In this document: positions 16,325-25,011 of the stretch, piece after piece
Layout of the letters: the number at the start of each line of letters is the position of its first letter
Numbering within the stretch: the stretch's first letter is position 1
From: Pseudodesulfovibrio mercurii
GTDB lineage: Bacteria > Desulfobacterota > Desulfovibrionia > Desulfovibrionales > Desulfovibrionaceae
DNA: 32,000 bases
NCBI RefSeq assembly: GCF_000189295.2
Contig: NC_016803.1
Coordinates: 30,001 to 62,000 of the forward strand
Direction of reading: 5' to 3'
Translations under genes and position numbers: made by a program
The notes under the pieces: generated by a model
Told to the model about the DNA's origin: nothing
Database searches by the model: none
The model's input: the letters and a program-made list of their open reading frames with translations, nothing else

Positions 16325-17293
16325 CTAGGCGATCCCCAACTGGTCGGCCACGGCCCGGACAAGCCGCGCCTTGACCTCGGCCAGGGGGCCCTGGATGGAC
16401 CCGCCCGCCGCGTTCTTGTGTCCGCCGCCGCCGAAGCGGGCGGCCACCTTCTGGACGTTGTCGTCGCCGTAGGAGCGCAGGCTGAACTTGTAGAGGTCCG
16501 GCCCCTCCTCGCGCAGGATGGCGGCCACGCGCACGGTCTTCAGGCGGCGCAGGAAATTGATCAGGTTCTCGGTGTCCGCGTTGGTCGTGCCGGTGCGCGC
16601 GAACATCTCCTTCGTGATGACCGTGGCGCTGACCCGCTTGTCCAGGAAGAGCTCCATGGCGGACATGGCCTCGGTCCAGAGCTTCATGCGGTTCTCGGAC
16701 CACTGCTTGGTGATGCGCTCGTTCATGCCCGCGATGTCCAGGCCGTTGCGCAGCATCCCGGCGGCCAGCTCCAGGGACTCCGGGGTGGTGTTGCCGTAGG
16801 TGAAGAAGCCGGTGTCCGTGGCCACGGCCAGGTAGACGCACTCTGCCAGGGGGCCGGTCAGGGGCACGCCCAGGGCGTCGGCCAGCAGGGCGATCATGCC
16901 GCCCACGGACGGCTGCTTGGCGTCCACCCAGTTGACCTCGCCGAACAGGTCGTTGCCCAGGTGGTGGTCGATGTTGACGATCCTGGTCTCGCCCGCGCGG
17001 GCGGCCAGGGCTTCGCCCATGCGCTCCCCGCTGCCGCAGTCCAGGACGAAGGTCCAGGCGGGCAGGGCGTCGGGCAGGTCGCGCTCGATGGGCGCGGGCA
17101 GGTCGATGAAGGCGTAGCGCGAGGGCAGTCCGGACGGATTGTACAGGGAGACCTTCCTGCCCAGGGCGGCCAGGATGTGGCCCAGGGCGCAGATGGACCC
17201 GATGGCGTCGCCGTCCGGGCTGTAGTGCGAGGCGACCAGGAACTCGTCGTGGCCCGCGATGACCTCGCTAATCCGTCGGATGGGGCTTTCCAT
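16325..17293 (-). CDS. nrnA: DHH-family phosphoesterase, NrnA-type bifunctional oligoribonuclease / pAp phosphatase
   Basis: MESPIRRISEVIAGHDEFLVASHYSPDGDAIGS is DHH motif I-II. NIDHH and the DHHA1 GGGGHKNAAGG are also present. The stop abuts the truB ATG. The start overlaps the rbfA 3' end by 26 nt. The track ORF start at 17419 lies inside rbfA. Confidence 0.85.
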   Translation of the reverse strand: MESPIRRISEVIAGHDEFLVASHYSPDGDAIGSICALGHILAALGRKVSLYNPSGLPSRYAFIDLPAPIERDLPDALPAWTFVLDCGSGERMGEALAARAGETRIVNIDHHLGNDLFGEVNWVDAKQPSVGGMIALLADALGVPLTGPLAECVYLAVATDTGFFTYGNTTPESLELAAGMLRNGLDIAGMNERITKQWSENRMKLWTEAMSAMELFLDKRVSATVITKEMFARTGTTNADTENLINFLRRLKTVRVAAILREEGPDLYKFSLRSYGDDNVQKVAARFGGGGHKNAAGGSIQGPLAEVKARLVRAVADQLGIA

Positions 17294-17609
17294 AGACCAC
17301 GTCCTCGAGAAATTCGTCGAATTGGAACCGCAGTTCCGGGGTGTATTGCAGTTTGAGGATGCGCCCGAGCCGGGAGCGCAGGAAGCCGGTGGCCTTTTCC
17401 AGGCCCTCCTGGACCTCACGGCGGTGCTCGGCGTCGCCGGACACGGTGTAGAAGATTTCGGCGATGCGCAGGTTGGAGTTCATGCGCACCCCGGACAGGG
17501 TGACGAGGTTCAGGCGCGGGTCAGCGGCCTCCTCCACGAGGAGGGTGCCGATCTCGCGCATGATCTGGTCGCCCATGCGCACGGCGCGGCGGGAAGTGGA
17601 TGCTTTCAT
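17268..17609 (-). CDS. rbfA: Ribosome-binding factor A
   Basis: 113 aa: RRAVRMGDQIMREIGTLLVEE..DPRL..VTLSGVRMNSNLRIAEIFYTV...LRSRLGRILKLQYTPELRF. Confidence 0.95.
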   Translation of the reverse strand: MKASTSRRAVRMGDQIMREIGTLLVEEAADPRLNLVTLSGVRMNSNLRIAEIFYTVSGDAEHRREVQEGLEKATGFLRSRLGRILKLQYTPELRFQFDEFLEDVVYGKPHPTD

Positions 17610-17620
17610 AACCGTATCCT

Positions 17621-17914
17621 CTATTCGGAATCCGAGAAGATTTCCGTGTTGCAGCGGGTCAGCTCCGCCGGAGAGATGGCCTCGACCATGGCCAGGGCCT
17701 TGGACAAAGTGCTCTCCACGCGGCCGGACTCGTTGGCCGTGGTGACCACGGCCAGGACCAGCTTGTCATGTACGTCGAGGGCATCCACCTCGGCAACGGA
17801 AACATTGAACTTGTTCCGCAGCTTTTGTTTCAGGCTCAGGGAAACCTTGCGCTTGTCCTTGAGGGAGCGGTTGCCGTGGAGCCTGAACTCGAGGTGGAGC
17901 ACGCCGATAATCAT
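17621..17914 (-). CDS. DUF503 domain protein (YlxP-like)
   Basis: MIIGVLHLEFRLHGNRSLKDKRKVSLSLKQKLRNKFNVSVAEVDALDVHDK matches the DUF503 pattern and sits in its usual position between infB and rbfA. The start chosen is Met15 of the track ORF. Confidence 0.8.
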   Translation of the reverse strand: MIIGVLHLEFRLHGNRSLKDKRKVSLSLKQKLRNKFNVSVAEVDALDVHDKLVLAVVTTANESGRVESTLSKALAMVEAISPAELTRCNTEIFSDSE

Positions 17915-17986
17915 GCCGGTCCCCTGTAAAATAAACACGGGCGGCCCATTGTCCAATGAGCCGCCCGCGATTTTCGATCCGTTGCG

Positions 17987-20920
17987 CTAGTCGATGGTGC
18001 GGGCGACTTCCTTGGTCTCGAAGACCTCGATGGTGTCGCCGACCTTGACGTCGTTGAACTTCTCCAGGCCGATGCCGCACTCGTAGCCCTTGACCACTTC
18101 GCGGACGTCGTCCTTTTCGCGGCGCAGGGACGCGACCTGGCCGGTGTAGATGACCACGCCGTCGCGCAGCAGGCGCGCCTTGGCGTTGCGGGTGATCTTG
18201 CCGTCGGCCACGAAGCAGCCCGCGATGACGCCGACCTTGGGCACGTTGAAGGTGGCGCGCACCTCGGCCTGGCCCAGGTAGACCTCCTCGATGTCCGGGG
18301 TGAGCATGCCGCTCATGGCGTCCTTCACTTCCTGCACCAGCTTGTAGATGATGTCGTAGAAGCGGATTTCGACGCCTTCCTGTTCGGCGATCTGCTTGAC
18401 CTTCAGGTTCGGGCGCACGTTGAAGCCGATGATGATCGCTTCGGAGGCTCCCGCCAGGAGGATGTCGGACTCGGTGATGGCGCCCGCGCCGCCGTGGACC
18501 ACGCTGATCTTGACCTCGTCCGTGGACAGCTTGTTCAGGGCCTCGGTCACGGCTTCCAGCGAACCCTGCACGTCGGCCTTGAGGACCAGGTTCAGGGTCT
18601 GGGCCTCGTCGTTGGGCCTGGAGGCCAGGAAGGACTCCAGGGTGACCTTGGTCTTGGCGGACAGGATCTTCTCGCGTTGCTTCATGGCGCGGCTTTGAGC
18701 GATGCGGCGGGCGACCTTCTCGTCGTCCACCACGAACAGCTCGTCACCGGCCTCGGGCAGGCCGTCGAAGCCCTGGATTTCCACGGGCAAGGCCGGTCCG
18801 GCGGATTTGATCTTCTTGCCCTGGTCGTTGAACATGGCCCGGACCTTGCCGAAGTGGATGCCGGACACGAAGGAGTCGCCCTGGTTCAGGGTGCCTTCGC
18901 TGATGAGCATGGTGCCCACCGGGCCGCGGCCCTTGTCCAGGCGCGCCTCGACGATGTGGCCCCGGGCGTGCTTGTCCGGGTTGGCCTTGAGCTCCATGAC
19001 CTCGGCCTGGAGCAGGACCATCTCGAGCAGCTCGTCGATGCCTTCCTTCTTCTTGGCAGAGACCGGGGCGAAGATGGTGTCGCCGCCCCATTCCTCGGGA
19101 GACAGGCCGAGTTCGGCCAGCTCGCGCTTGACGTTGTCCGGGTTGGCCCCTTCCTTGTCCATCTTGTTCACGGCCACGACGATGGGCACGCCCGCCGCCC
19201 TGGAGTGGGAGATGGCCTCGCGGGTCTGGTCCATGACGCCGTCGTCGGCGGCGACCACCAGGATGACGATGTCGGTCACCTGGGCGCCGCGCATGCGCAT
19301 GGTCGTGAAGGCCTCGTGGCCGGGGGTGTCCAGGAAGACGATCTCGCCCCGGTCGGTCTGCACGTGGTATGCGCCGATGTGCTGGGTGATGCCGCCCGCT
19401 TCGCCCTCGGTCACGTGGGACATGCGGATGGCGTCGAGCAGGGAGGTCTTGCCGTGGTCGACGTGGCCCATGATGGTCACGACCGGCGGACGCGGCTTGA
19501 GGTCCTCATCCTTGTCCGCCTGGGTGGGGACGAGGAATTCCTGCTCGTCAAAGGAAATGTTCTCCACCTCGTAGCCGAACTCGCCGGCCAGCAGGGAAGC
19601 GGTGTCCAGATCCAGGGACTGGTTGATGGTCGCCATGACGCCCATGCCGAACAGGGCCTTGATCAGGTCCTGGGCCTTGACGCCCATCTGGTGGGCCATG
19701 TCGGACAGCCGGATGGCCTCGTCGAATTTGATCTTGCGCTTGGCCGCCTTCATGGGCTGCGCCTGACCCTGTTCCTGCTGCATGATGGGCTGCTGGCCGC
19801 GACGTGCCCCTCCCTTCTTCTTGCGGCCCTTGCGGCCCGCCGGGAAGTTGCTGTCGTTGTACAGCTTGTTGGTGTGGTCCTGGCCGCTCTCGGTGGCGAA
19901 CTCCACCACGCGGCGGTCCTTCTTGCCCTTTTTCTTCTTGCTGCGGCCGTCGCCCACGGACGGATCCGGCATGGGACCGTCGGAACCGCCTTCGGGACCT
20001 GCGCCGGGCCGACCGGGACGTCCGGCCGGGCGAGCGCCCGCCGGACGGGGGGACGCGGGGCGTCCGCCTGCGGGACGGCGTTCGGGCTGGGCCATCTTGG
20101 CCGCTTCGCGGGCCTGCACCTCCGCCTCGGTGGGCATGGAGATGATCTTGACCTTGGGGGCCTCGACCTCGCGCTTCTTCTTTTTCTTCTTCCGGGGCTC
20201 GCCGCGTTCGGCCTTGTCCTCGTCCTCGAAAGAGGCTTCGGGCTCCTCGCGCACGGCCTTGCCGGCCGGCTTTTCGGGAGCGGCAGCCTCGGCGACCGGG
20301 GCTTCGGGTTCGGCAACGGGTGCGGCTTCGGGTTCGGCGACGGCTTCGGGTGCGGGTGCGGCTTCGGGCCGGGCTTCGGCAGGCGCGGGTTCGGGAACGG
20401 CCTCTTCTGCCACGGCTTCAGCGACCGGAGCCGGTTCGGCTTCGGCGGCCACCGGTTCGGGGGCCTGAACGGGCTCCTCCACGGCGGGCTTGATGATTCG
20501 GACCTTGGGCTCGGCCTTGCGCGGGGCCGGCTTGGGCGCGGGCTCCTCGACGGGCTCGGCCACGGGCTCCTGCGCGGCGGGTTCGGCCTCCACGGCCTCG
20601 GGCGCTTCGGTCTCCGGGACGGACTCCTCGGACTCCTCGTCCGATTCCTCGATCTCGGGGGCCTCGGCCTCTTCCCTGGGGGACTTGGCCTTCTTGCGCC
20701 TGCGCCGGATGATGACGCCGGATTCGCCCACGCGGCGGACCTCCTTCTTGCCGGAGCCGCCTTTCTTCAATTCCGCCTTGAGGCGGTCCACATCTTCGTC
20801 TTCCACGACGGTCTTCTGGCTTTTCGCCTGAACGCCGATCTCACGAAGCTGCTGAATGATCTCCTTGTTGCTGAGACCGAGCTCAGCAGCCAAGTCTTCT
20901 ACCCGAACCTTCGCCGTCAT
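17987..20920 (-). CDS. infB: Translation initiation factor IF-2 with a long acidic/Pro-Ala-rich N-terminal region
   Basis: 977 aa with G-domain [29 protein letters not shown] and the C-terminal domains. A GAGGTGA SD lies inside the ylxR 3' end. Confidence 0.97.
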   Translation of the reverse strand: MTAKVRVEDLAAELGLSNKEIIQQLREIGVQAKSQKTVVEDEDVDRLKAELKKGGSGKKEVRRVGESGVIIRRRRKKAKSPREEAEAPEIEESDEESEESVPETEAPEAVEAEPAAQEPVAEPVEEPAPKPAPRKAEPKVRIIKPAVEEPVQAPEPVAAEAEPAPVAEAVAEEAVPEPAPAEARPEAAPAPEAVAEPEAAPVAEPEAPVAEAAAPEKPAGKAVREEPEASFEDEDKAERGEPRKKKKKKREVEAPKVKIISMPTEAEVQAREAAKMAQPERRPAGGRPASPRPAGARPAGRPGRPGAGPEGGSDGPMPDPSVGDGRSKKKKGKKDRRVVEFATESGQDHTNKLYNDSNFPAGRKGRKKKGGARRGQQPIMQQEQGQAQPMKAAKRKIKFDEAIRLSDMAHQMGVKAQDLIKALFGMGVMATINQSLDLDTASLLAGEFGYEVENISFDEQEFLVPTQADKDEDLKPRPPVVTIMGHVDHGKTSLLDAIRMSHVTEGEAGGITQHIGAYHVQTDRGEIVFLDTPGHEAFTTMRMRGAQVTDIVILVVAADDGVMDQTREAISHSRAAGVPIVVAVNKMDKEGANPDNVKRELAELGLSPEEWGGDTIFAPVSAKKKEGIDELLEMVLLQAEVMELKANPDKHARGHIVEARLDKGRGPVGTMLISEGTLNQGDSFVSGIHFGKVRAMFNDQGKKIKSAGPALPVEIQGFDGLPEAGDELFVVDDEKVARRIAQSRAMKQREKILSAKTKVTLESFLASRPNDEAQTLNLVLKADVQGSLEAVTEALNKLSTDEVKISVVHGGAGAITESDILLAGASEAIIIGFNVRPNLKVKQIAEQEGVEIRFYDIIYKLVQEVKDAMSGMLTPDIEEVYLGQAEVRATFNVPKVGVIAGCFVADGKITRNAKARLLRDGVVIYTGQVASLRREKDDVREVVKGYECGIGLEKFNDVKVGDTIEVFETKEVARTID

Positions 20921-20924
20921 CTAA

Positions 20925-21161
20925 TCACCTCGCACGTTTCTTCATCAGGCCCGCGATCATCTTGGGGAATATTTCCCTGCACCTGGCCTGGCCGCATACG
21001 TAATATCCACGTCCCGGCCGGGTCATGGCCGGGTCCGGCACCGGACTCGCGTCCGGTCCGTCCGTCTCCACCGGGGGCACGTACCGCGACAGCTCCCCCT
21101 TGGGGAACCGCCCTCGGCAGACTACGCACATGCGTTCGGGTTCGTGTCCCTTGCCGCCCAT
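20925..21161 (-). CDS. ylxR: YlxR/RnpM family (DUF448) small RNA-binding protein
   Basis: 78 aa with ERMCVVCRGRFPKGEL.R...GRGYYVC, in the canonical position between nusA and infB. Confidence 0.85.
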   Translation of the reverse strand: MGGKGHEPERMCVVCRGRFPKGELSRYVPPVETDGPDASPVPDPAMTRPGRGYYVCGQARCREIFPKMIAGLMKKRAR

Positions 21162-21181
21162 GCGTCGCCCCCTTGCGGAGT

Positions 21182-22561
21182 CTATTTGTTCTCCTCGCCC
21201 TCGGCGGGAGTTTCGGTTTCGTCTTCGATTTCGTCTTCGGTCTCGTCTTCGGCCGCTTCCTCGACCACTTCCTCGACCGCCTCGGGGGCCGTCTCTTCGG
21301 CCTCATGGGCGTCGGCCGGAGCGGTGGCCTCCAGGTCGGGAGCGAGCATGTTGATGGCCAGGCGCATGTCCCCGATCTTGGACTCGGTCATGCCCTTGAT
21401 GGCCAGCAACTCCTCGTCGGAGGCCTGGACGATGGACTCGATGGACTCGAAGCCCGCGCTGAAGAAGTTCTCCATGGGGACCTCGGCCACGCTGGCGATC
21501 TGGTCCATGCCCTTGCGGGCGGCGTTGAGCTCGCCGTACCGGGATTCCGTGAAAATGTCTATTTTCCAGCCGAGCAGCTTGGCGGCCAGCTTGACGTTCT
21601 GTCCCTTGCGGCCGATGGCCAGGGTCAGCTGATCGTCGGGGCAGACCACTTCCAATGCCTCTTCCTCGTCGTCCACGGTGATCCGGGTGATCACGGCCGG
21701 GGACAGAGCGTGCTGGGCGTACATGGCGATGTCCGGGGACCAGACCACGATGTCGATACGCTCGCCCTTGAGCTCCTGGACCACGTTCTGGATGCGCGAG
21801 CCGCGGATGCCGACGCAGGCGCCCACCGGATCCACGTCGCGGTCGCGGGACATGACCGCCACCTTGGCGCGCAGGCCCGGATCACGGGCCACGCCCATGA
21901 TCTTGACCGTGCCGTCGGCCACCTCGGGCACCTCGCGCTTGAACAGCTCGACCATGTAGTCCGGGTGGGAGCGGGAGACGATGACCTGGGGTCCGCGCGA
22001 CTCCTTCAATACATCTATGATATAGGCCTGCACCCGGTCACCGCGCTTGTAGCGCTCCCTGGGGATCTGCTCTTCCTTGGGCAGCAGGGCCTCGGTCCGG
22101 CCGAGGTTGATGATCCAGCCGGTGCGGTCGCGGCGCTGGATGATGCCGCTGGCGATCTCGGACACGCGGTCCTTGTATTCTTCGTAGATGATTTCCTGTT
22201 CGGCGTCGCGCATGCGCTGGATGATGACCTGCTTGGCCGACTGCGCGGCGATGCGGCCGAGGTCCTCGACCTTGACCGGGAAGCCCATCTCGTCGTCCAG
22301 CTGGGCGTTGGGATCGTGGGTCCGGGCGTCTTCGAGGGAAATTTCGCTGATGGGGTCGTGGACCTCGTCCACGACGACCTTGAACTCGAAGACCTCGATC
22401 TCGCCGCGCTCTTCGTTGAAGGCCACCTCGATGTCCATGGTCTCGCCGTACTTGCGGGCCACGGCCGAGCGCACGGCCTCCTCAAGGGTGTCGATCAGCA
22501 GGTCGCGGTCGATGCCCCTGTCCTTGCTAATCTGGTCGATGGCTCTTTTCAGCTCCGACAT
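21182..22561 (-). CDS. nusA: Transcription termination/antitermination factor NusA with an acidic C-terminal tail
   Basis: 459 aa: MSELKRAIDQISKDRGIDRDLLIDTLEEAV..., S1 and two KH domains (RAKVAV...DPVGACVG.RGSRIQ), tail ...EEVVEEAAEDETEDEIEDETETPAEGEENK. Confidence 0.97.
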   Translation of the reverse strand: MSELKRAIDQISKDRGIDRDLLIDTLEEAVRSAVARKYGETMDIEVAFNEERGEIEVFEFKVVVDEVHDPISEISLEDARTHDPNAQLDDEMGFPVKVEDLGRIAAQSAKQVIIQRMRDAEQEIIYEEYKDRVSEIASGIIQRRDRTGWIINLGRTEALLPKEEQIPRERYKRGDRVQAYIIDVLKESRGPQVIVSRSHPDYMVELFKREVPEVADGTVKIMGVARDPGLRAKVAVMSRDRDVDPVGACVGIRGSRIQNVVQELKGERIDIVVWSPDIAMYAQHALSPAVITRITVDDEEEALEVVCPDDQLTLAIGRKGQNVKLAAKLLGWKIDIFTESRYGELNAARKGMDQIASVAEVPMENFFSAGFESIESIVQASDEELLAIKGMTESKIGDMRLAINMLAPDLEATAPADAHEAEETAPEAVEEVVEEAAEDETEDEIEDETETPAEGEENK

Positions 22562-22614
22562 GATAAACCTCCGCTTGTGCCGGTCGGGGCCTCTCCCCCC
22601 GGCAGTGATATCTG

Positions 22615-23073
22615 CTAGAATTCGTGGACCAGGGTGATCTTCTTGATGGCGGTCCAGTCGAAGTTCATGGTCTGGTCATCGACGTTCACGGTGACCGTGT
22701 CGCCCTCGACCCCGGTCAGCTCGCCCTTGAACTTGCGGCGGCCGTCCAGGGGTTCGAAGAGCAGGACGTCCACTTTGCGGCCCACGTAGTCGGCCAGCTG
22801 GGCCGGGGCGAAGAAGGGGCGCTCCAGGCCGGGGGACGAGACCTCGAGCACGAAGGCGCCGGGAATGACGTCCTCCACCTCGAGCATGAGTCCCACCTGG
22901 CGGCTGACTTCGGCGCACTGGTCGATGTTCACGCCGCCGGGGGCGTCGATGTAGATGCGGACGACGCGCTTCTTGCCCGACGACGGGGAGGCCAGGCCCC
23001 AGAAGACATAGCCGAGGTTTTCCACCTCGGGCCGGATCATGTCCGACAACATTTCCTCGAAAGTCTGGCGCAT
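22615..23073 (-). CDS. rimP: Ribosome maturation factor RimP
   Basis: 152 aa: ...VENLGYVFWGL...VVRIYIDAPGGVNIDQCAEVSRQV...VLEVSSPGLERPF, first gene of the nusA-infB operon. Confidence 0.95.
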   Translation of the reverse strand: MRQTFEEMLSDMIRPEVENLGYVFWGLASPSSGKKRVVRIYIDAPGGVNIDQCAEVSRQVGLMLEVEDVIPGAFVLEVSSPGLERPFFAPAQLADYVGRKVDVLLFEPLDGRRKFKGELTGVEGDTVTVNVDDQTMNFDWTAIKKITLVHEF

Positions 23074-23090
23074 CGCGGTGCTTCTCCCGC

Positions 23091-23109
23091 CGGACCGGGA
23101 CCCGGTCCG
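23091..23109 (-). promoter_or_regulatory. Perfect 9-bp inverted repeat in the rimP 5' UTR
   Basis: CGGACCGGG-A-CCCGGTCCG ends 17 nt upstream of the rimP ATG, immediately 5' of the GGGAGAAG SD region on the mRNA. Confidence 0.3.
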
Positions 23110-23113
23110 ACAA

Positions 23114-23141
23114 ATAAAAAAAAGGTGAGCCCGAGCTCACC
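23114..23141 (-). terminator. Rho-independent terminator between tRNA-Gly and rimP
   Basis: The minus strand reads GGUGAGC-UCGG-GCUCACC followed by UUUUUUUUAUUU. Confidence 0.85.
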
Positions 23142-23187
23142 TACGCGAACCCCGCACGGTCCTTTTATTGAACCCTGCGAAAGGCTT

Positions 23188-23263
23188 TGGAGCGGGTGAC
23201 GGGGGTCGAACCCGCGACACCAAGCTTGGGAAGCTTGTACTCTACCAACTGAGCTACACCCGC
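23188..23263 (-). tRNA. tRNA-Gly (anticodon CCC), CCA encoded
   Basis: The hand-folded cloverleaf is GCGGGTG TA GCTC AGTTGGTA GAGT A CAAGC TTCCCAA GCTTG GTGTC GCGGG TTCGACC CCCGT CACCCGC T CCA, 76 nt with U73 discriminator. Confidence 0.93.
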
Positions 23264-23276
23264 TCGGAAACGAGCC

Positions 23277-23305
23277 TATTTATACATATACAACAGGGTT
23301 GTCAA
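23277..23305 (-). promoter_or_regulatory. Sigma-70-type promoter for tRNA-Gly (and possibly read-through into rimP-nusA-infB)
   Basis: The minus strand reads TTGACA-N17-TAAATA. The -10 ends about 13 nt before the mature tRNA 5' end. Confidence 0.6.
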
Positions 23306-23352
23306 CAACCATCGTGCAGGTCGTTTCCGGCCCGGAAAGGGGGGGGCTGGGT

Positions 23353-23368
23353 TGGCATGCATAGTGCA
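23353..23368 (+). promoter_or_regulatory. Sigma-54 (-24/-12) promoter of the flgF operon
   Basis: TGGCATGCATAGTGCA compared with consensus TGGCACG-N4-TTGCA: GG and GC have the exact spacing. The motif lies 30 nt upstream of the flgF ATG, with the AGGAGGA SD in between. Confidence 0.75.
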
Positions 23369-23397
23369 AATCCTCCGTCGAACAGGAGGATCACCCT

Positions 23398-24174
23398 ATG
23401 CGGGACAGTACACAGAGCGCCATTTTCGGGGCTTTATCCAATGAATTGAGGATGTCGTCCATCGCCAATAATTTGGCGAACGTGAACACGTCGGCCTTCA
23501 AGAAAGACAAGCTGGCCTTCCATGACACCTTCATTCGTTTCGCCCATGACTATCTGGTAGACGCCAAGACCTACATCCGGGGCGAGGACATGTTCCCGGA
23601 GGGGCACATCATGGCCAAGGCGCGGCTGTCGGCCCAGCAGGCGGACCTGTCCCAGGGCAGCATGGAGCGCACGGGCAACCAGCTCGACTTCGCCCTGTCC
23701 GGGCCGGGGTTCTTTTCCGTCCAGGGCGACACCGCCATGCTCTACACCCGCGCCGGGAACTTCGTCACCGACGGCGACGGAATGCTCAAGACCGTGGACG
23801 GCTATCCGGTCATGGTCGGCGGCGGCCCGCTGATCATCCCGCAGGGCGGGCGCATCCAGGTGGACGACGAGGGCAACATCCAGGTCAACGGCGAGCCCGC
23901 CGGGTCCTTCGACGTGGTGGACTTCGACAGCCCGGAACTGCTCGAACGGGTGGGGTCCAACAACTATATCATGCCCACCGGCGGGGCCCAGATTCCGCCC
24001 CAGGACGTGTCCGTGGCCCAGGGCTTCATCGAGAAGTCCAACGTGGAGGTCGTCACCGAGATGGTCTCCATGATCGAAACCCAGCGGGCCTTCACCATGT
24101 ATACCAAGATGATCCAGGGCGACAGCGATCTGGACTCCAAATTGATCAACCAGGTGGGACGTCCCACCGCCTAG
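23398..24174 (+). CDS. flgF: Flagellar basal-body rod protein FlgF
   Basis: 258 aa with N-terminal SIANNLANVNTSAFKKD and C-terminal GFIEKSNVEVVTEMVSMIETQRAFTMYTKMIQ. Confidence 0.9.
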   Translation: MRDSTQSAIFGALSNELRMSSIANNLANVNTSAFKKDKLAFHDTFIRFAHDYLVDAKTYIRGEDMFPEGHIMAKARLSAQQADLSQGSMERTGNQLDFALSGPGFFSVQGDTAMLYTRAGNFVTDGDGMLKTVDGYPVMVGGGPLIIPQGGRIQVDDEGNIQVNGEPAGSFDVVDFDSPELLERVGSNNYIMPTGGAQIPPQDVSVAQGFIEKSNVEVVTEMVSMIETQRAFTMYTKMIQGDSDLDSKLINQVGRPTA

Positions 24175-24192
24175 CCCAGGAGGCTTGCCATC

Positions 24193-24975
24193 ATGATGCG
24201 TTCACTGTGGACATCCGCCACCGGCATGATCGCCATGCAGACCCAGATCGACACCCTGTCGAACAACCTGGCCAACGTCTCCACCACGGCCTTCAAGAAG
24301 AGCCGGGCGGAGTTCGAGGACCTCATGTACCAGACGCTGAAGATCGCCGGCGGGGAGAACGCCGACGGCACCCAGACGCCCGTGGGCATGCAGATCGGCA
24401 TGGGCGTGCGCCCCGTGTCCGTGCACAAGTTTTTCACCCAGGGCGACTTCCAGAACACCGGCAACCCCCTGGACATGGCCATCGAGGGCGAGGGCTTCTT
24501 CCAGGTCATGGTCAACGGCGACGAGGTCTACACCCGCGACGGCTCCTTCGAGCTGGACAGCGACGGCCGCGTGGTCACGGCGGGCGGCTACCCCCTGCAG
24601 CCGGAGTTCACCGTGCCCCCGGAGACGTCGAGCATCTCCATCTCCGAGACCGGGACCATCTCGGCCCTGGACAAGGACGGCACCGTGCTGGCCACGGCGG
24701 ACATCGACCTCTACCGCTTCCAGAACCCGGCCGGGCTCATCGCCACCGGGCGCAATTTCTATCGCGAGAGCGACGCCTCGGGCGTGGCCGTGGCCGGGAC
24801 CCCGGGGGACGACAACTACGGGACCATCGCCCAGGGCTTCCTGGAGGGGTCCAACGTGGAGATGGTGGACGAGATGGTCGGCCTGATCGTGGGCCAGCGC
24901 GCCTTCGAGATCAACTCCAAGGCCATCACCACCTCGGACGGCATGTTGCAGACGGCCATCAACATCAAACGGTAG
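24193..24975 (+). CDS. flgG: Flagellar basal-body distal rod protein FlgG
   Basis: 260 aa: MMRSLWTSATGMIAMQTQIDTLSNNLANVSTTAFKKSRAEFEDLMYQ... and GFLEGSNVEMVDEMVGLIVGQRAFEINSKAI. AGGAGG SD upstream. Confidence 0.95.
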   Translation: MMRSLWTSATGMIAMQTQIDTLSNNLANVSTTAFKKSRAEFEDLMYQTLKIAGGENADGTQTPVGMQIGMGVRPVSVHKFFTQGDFQNTGNPLDMAIEGEGFFQVMVNGDEVYTRDGSFELDSDGRVVTAGGYPLQPEFTVPPETSSISISETGTISALDKDGTVLATADIDLYRFQNPAGLIATGRNFYRESDASGVAVAGTPGDDNYGTIAQGFLEGSNVEMVDEMVGLIVGQRAFEINSKAITTSDGMLQTAINIKR

Positions 24976-25011
24976 CGGCTGATCGGGATAATCACGCGGC
25001 GAGGCAGGTTC

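Noticed and set aside
18494-22618. 1374-aa + strand ORF spanning the region opposite infB, ylxR and nusA
   Set aside because: It is an antisense shadow in GC-rich DNA. It crosses three well-supported minus-strand genes, and its translation is G/R/A/L/H/D low-complexity with no recognisable motif.
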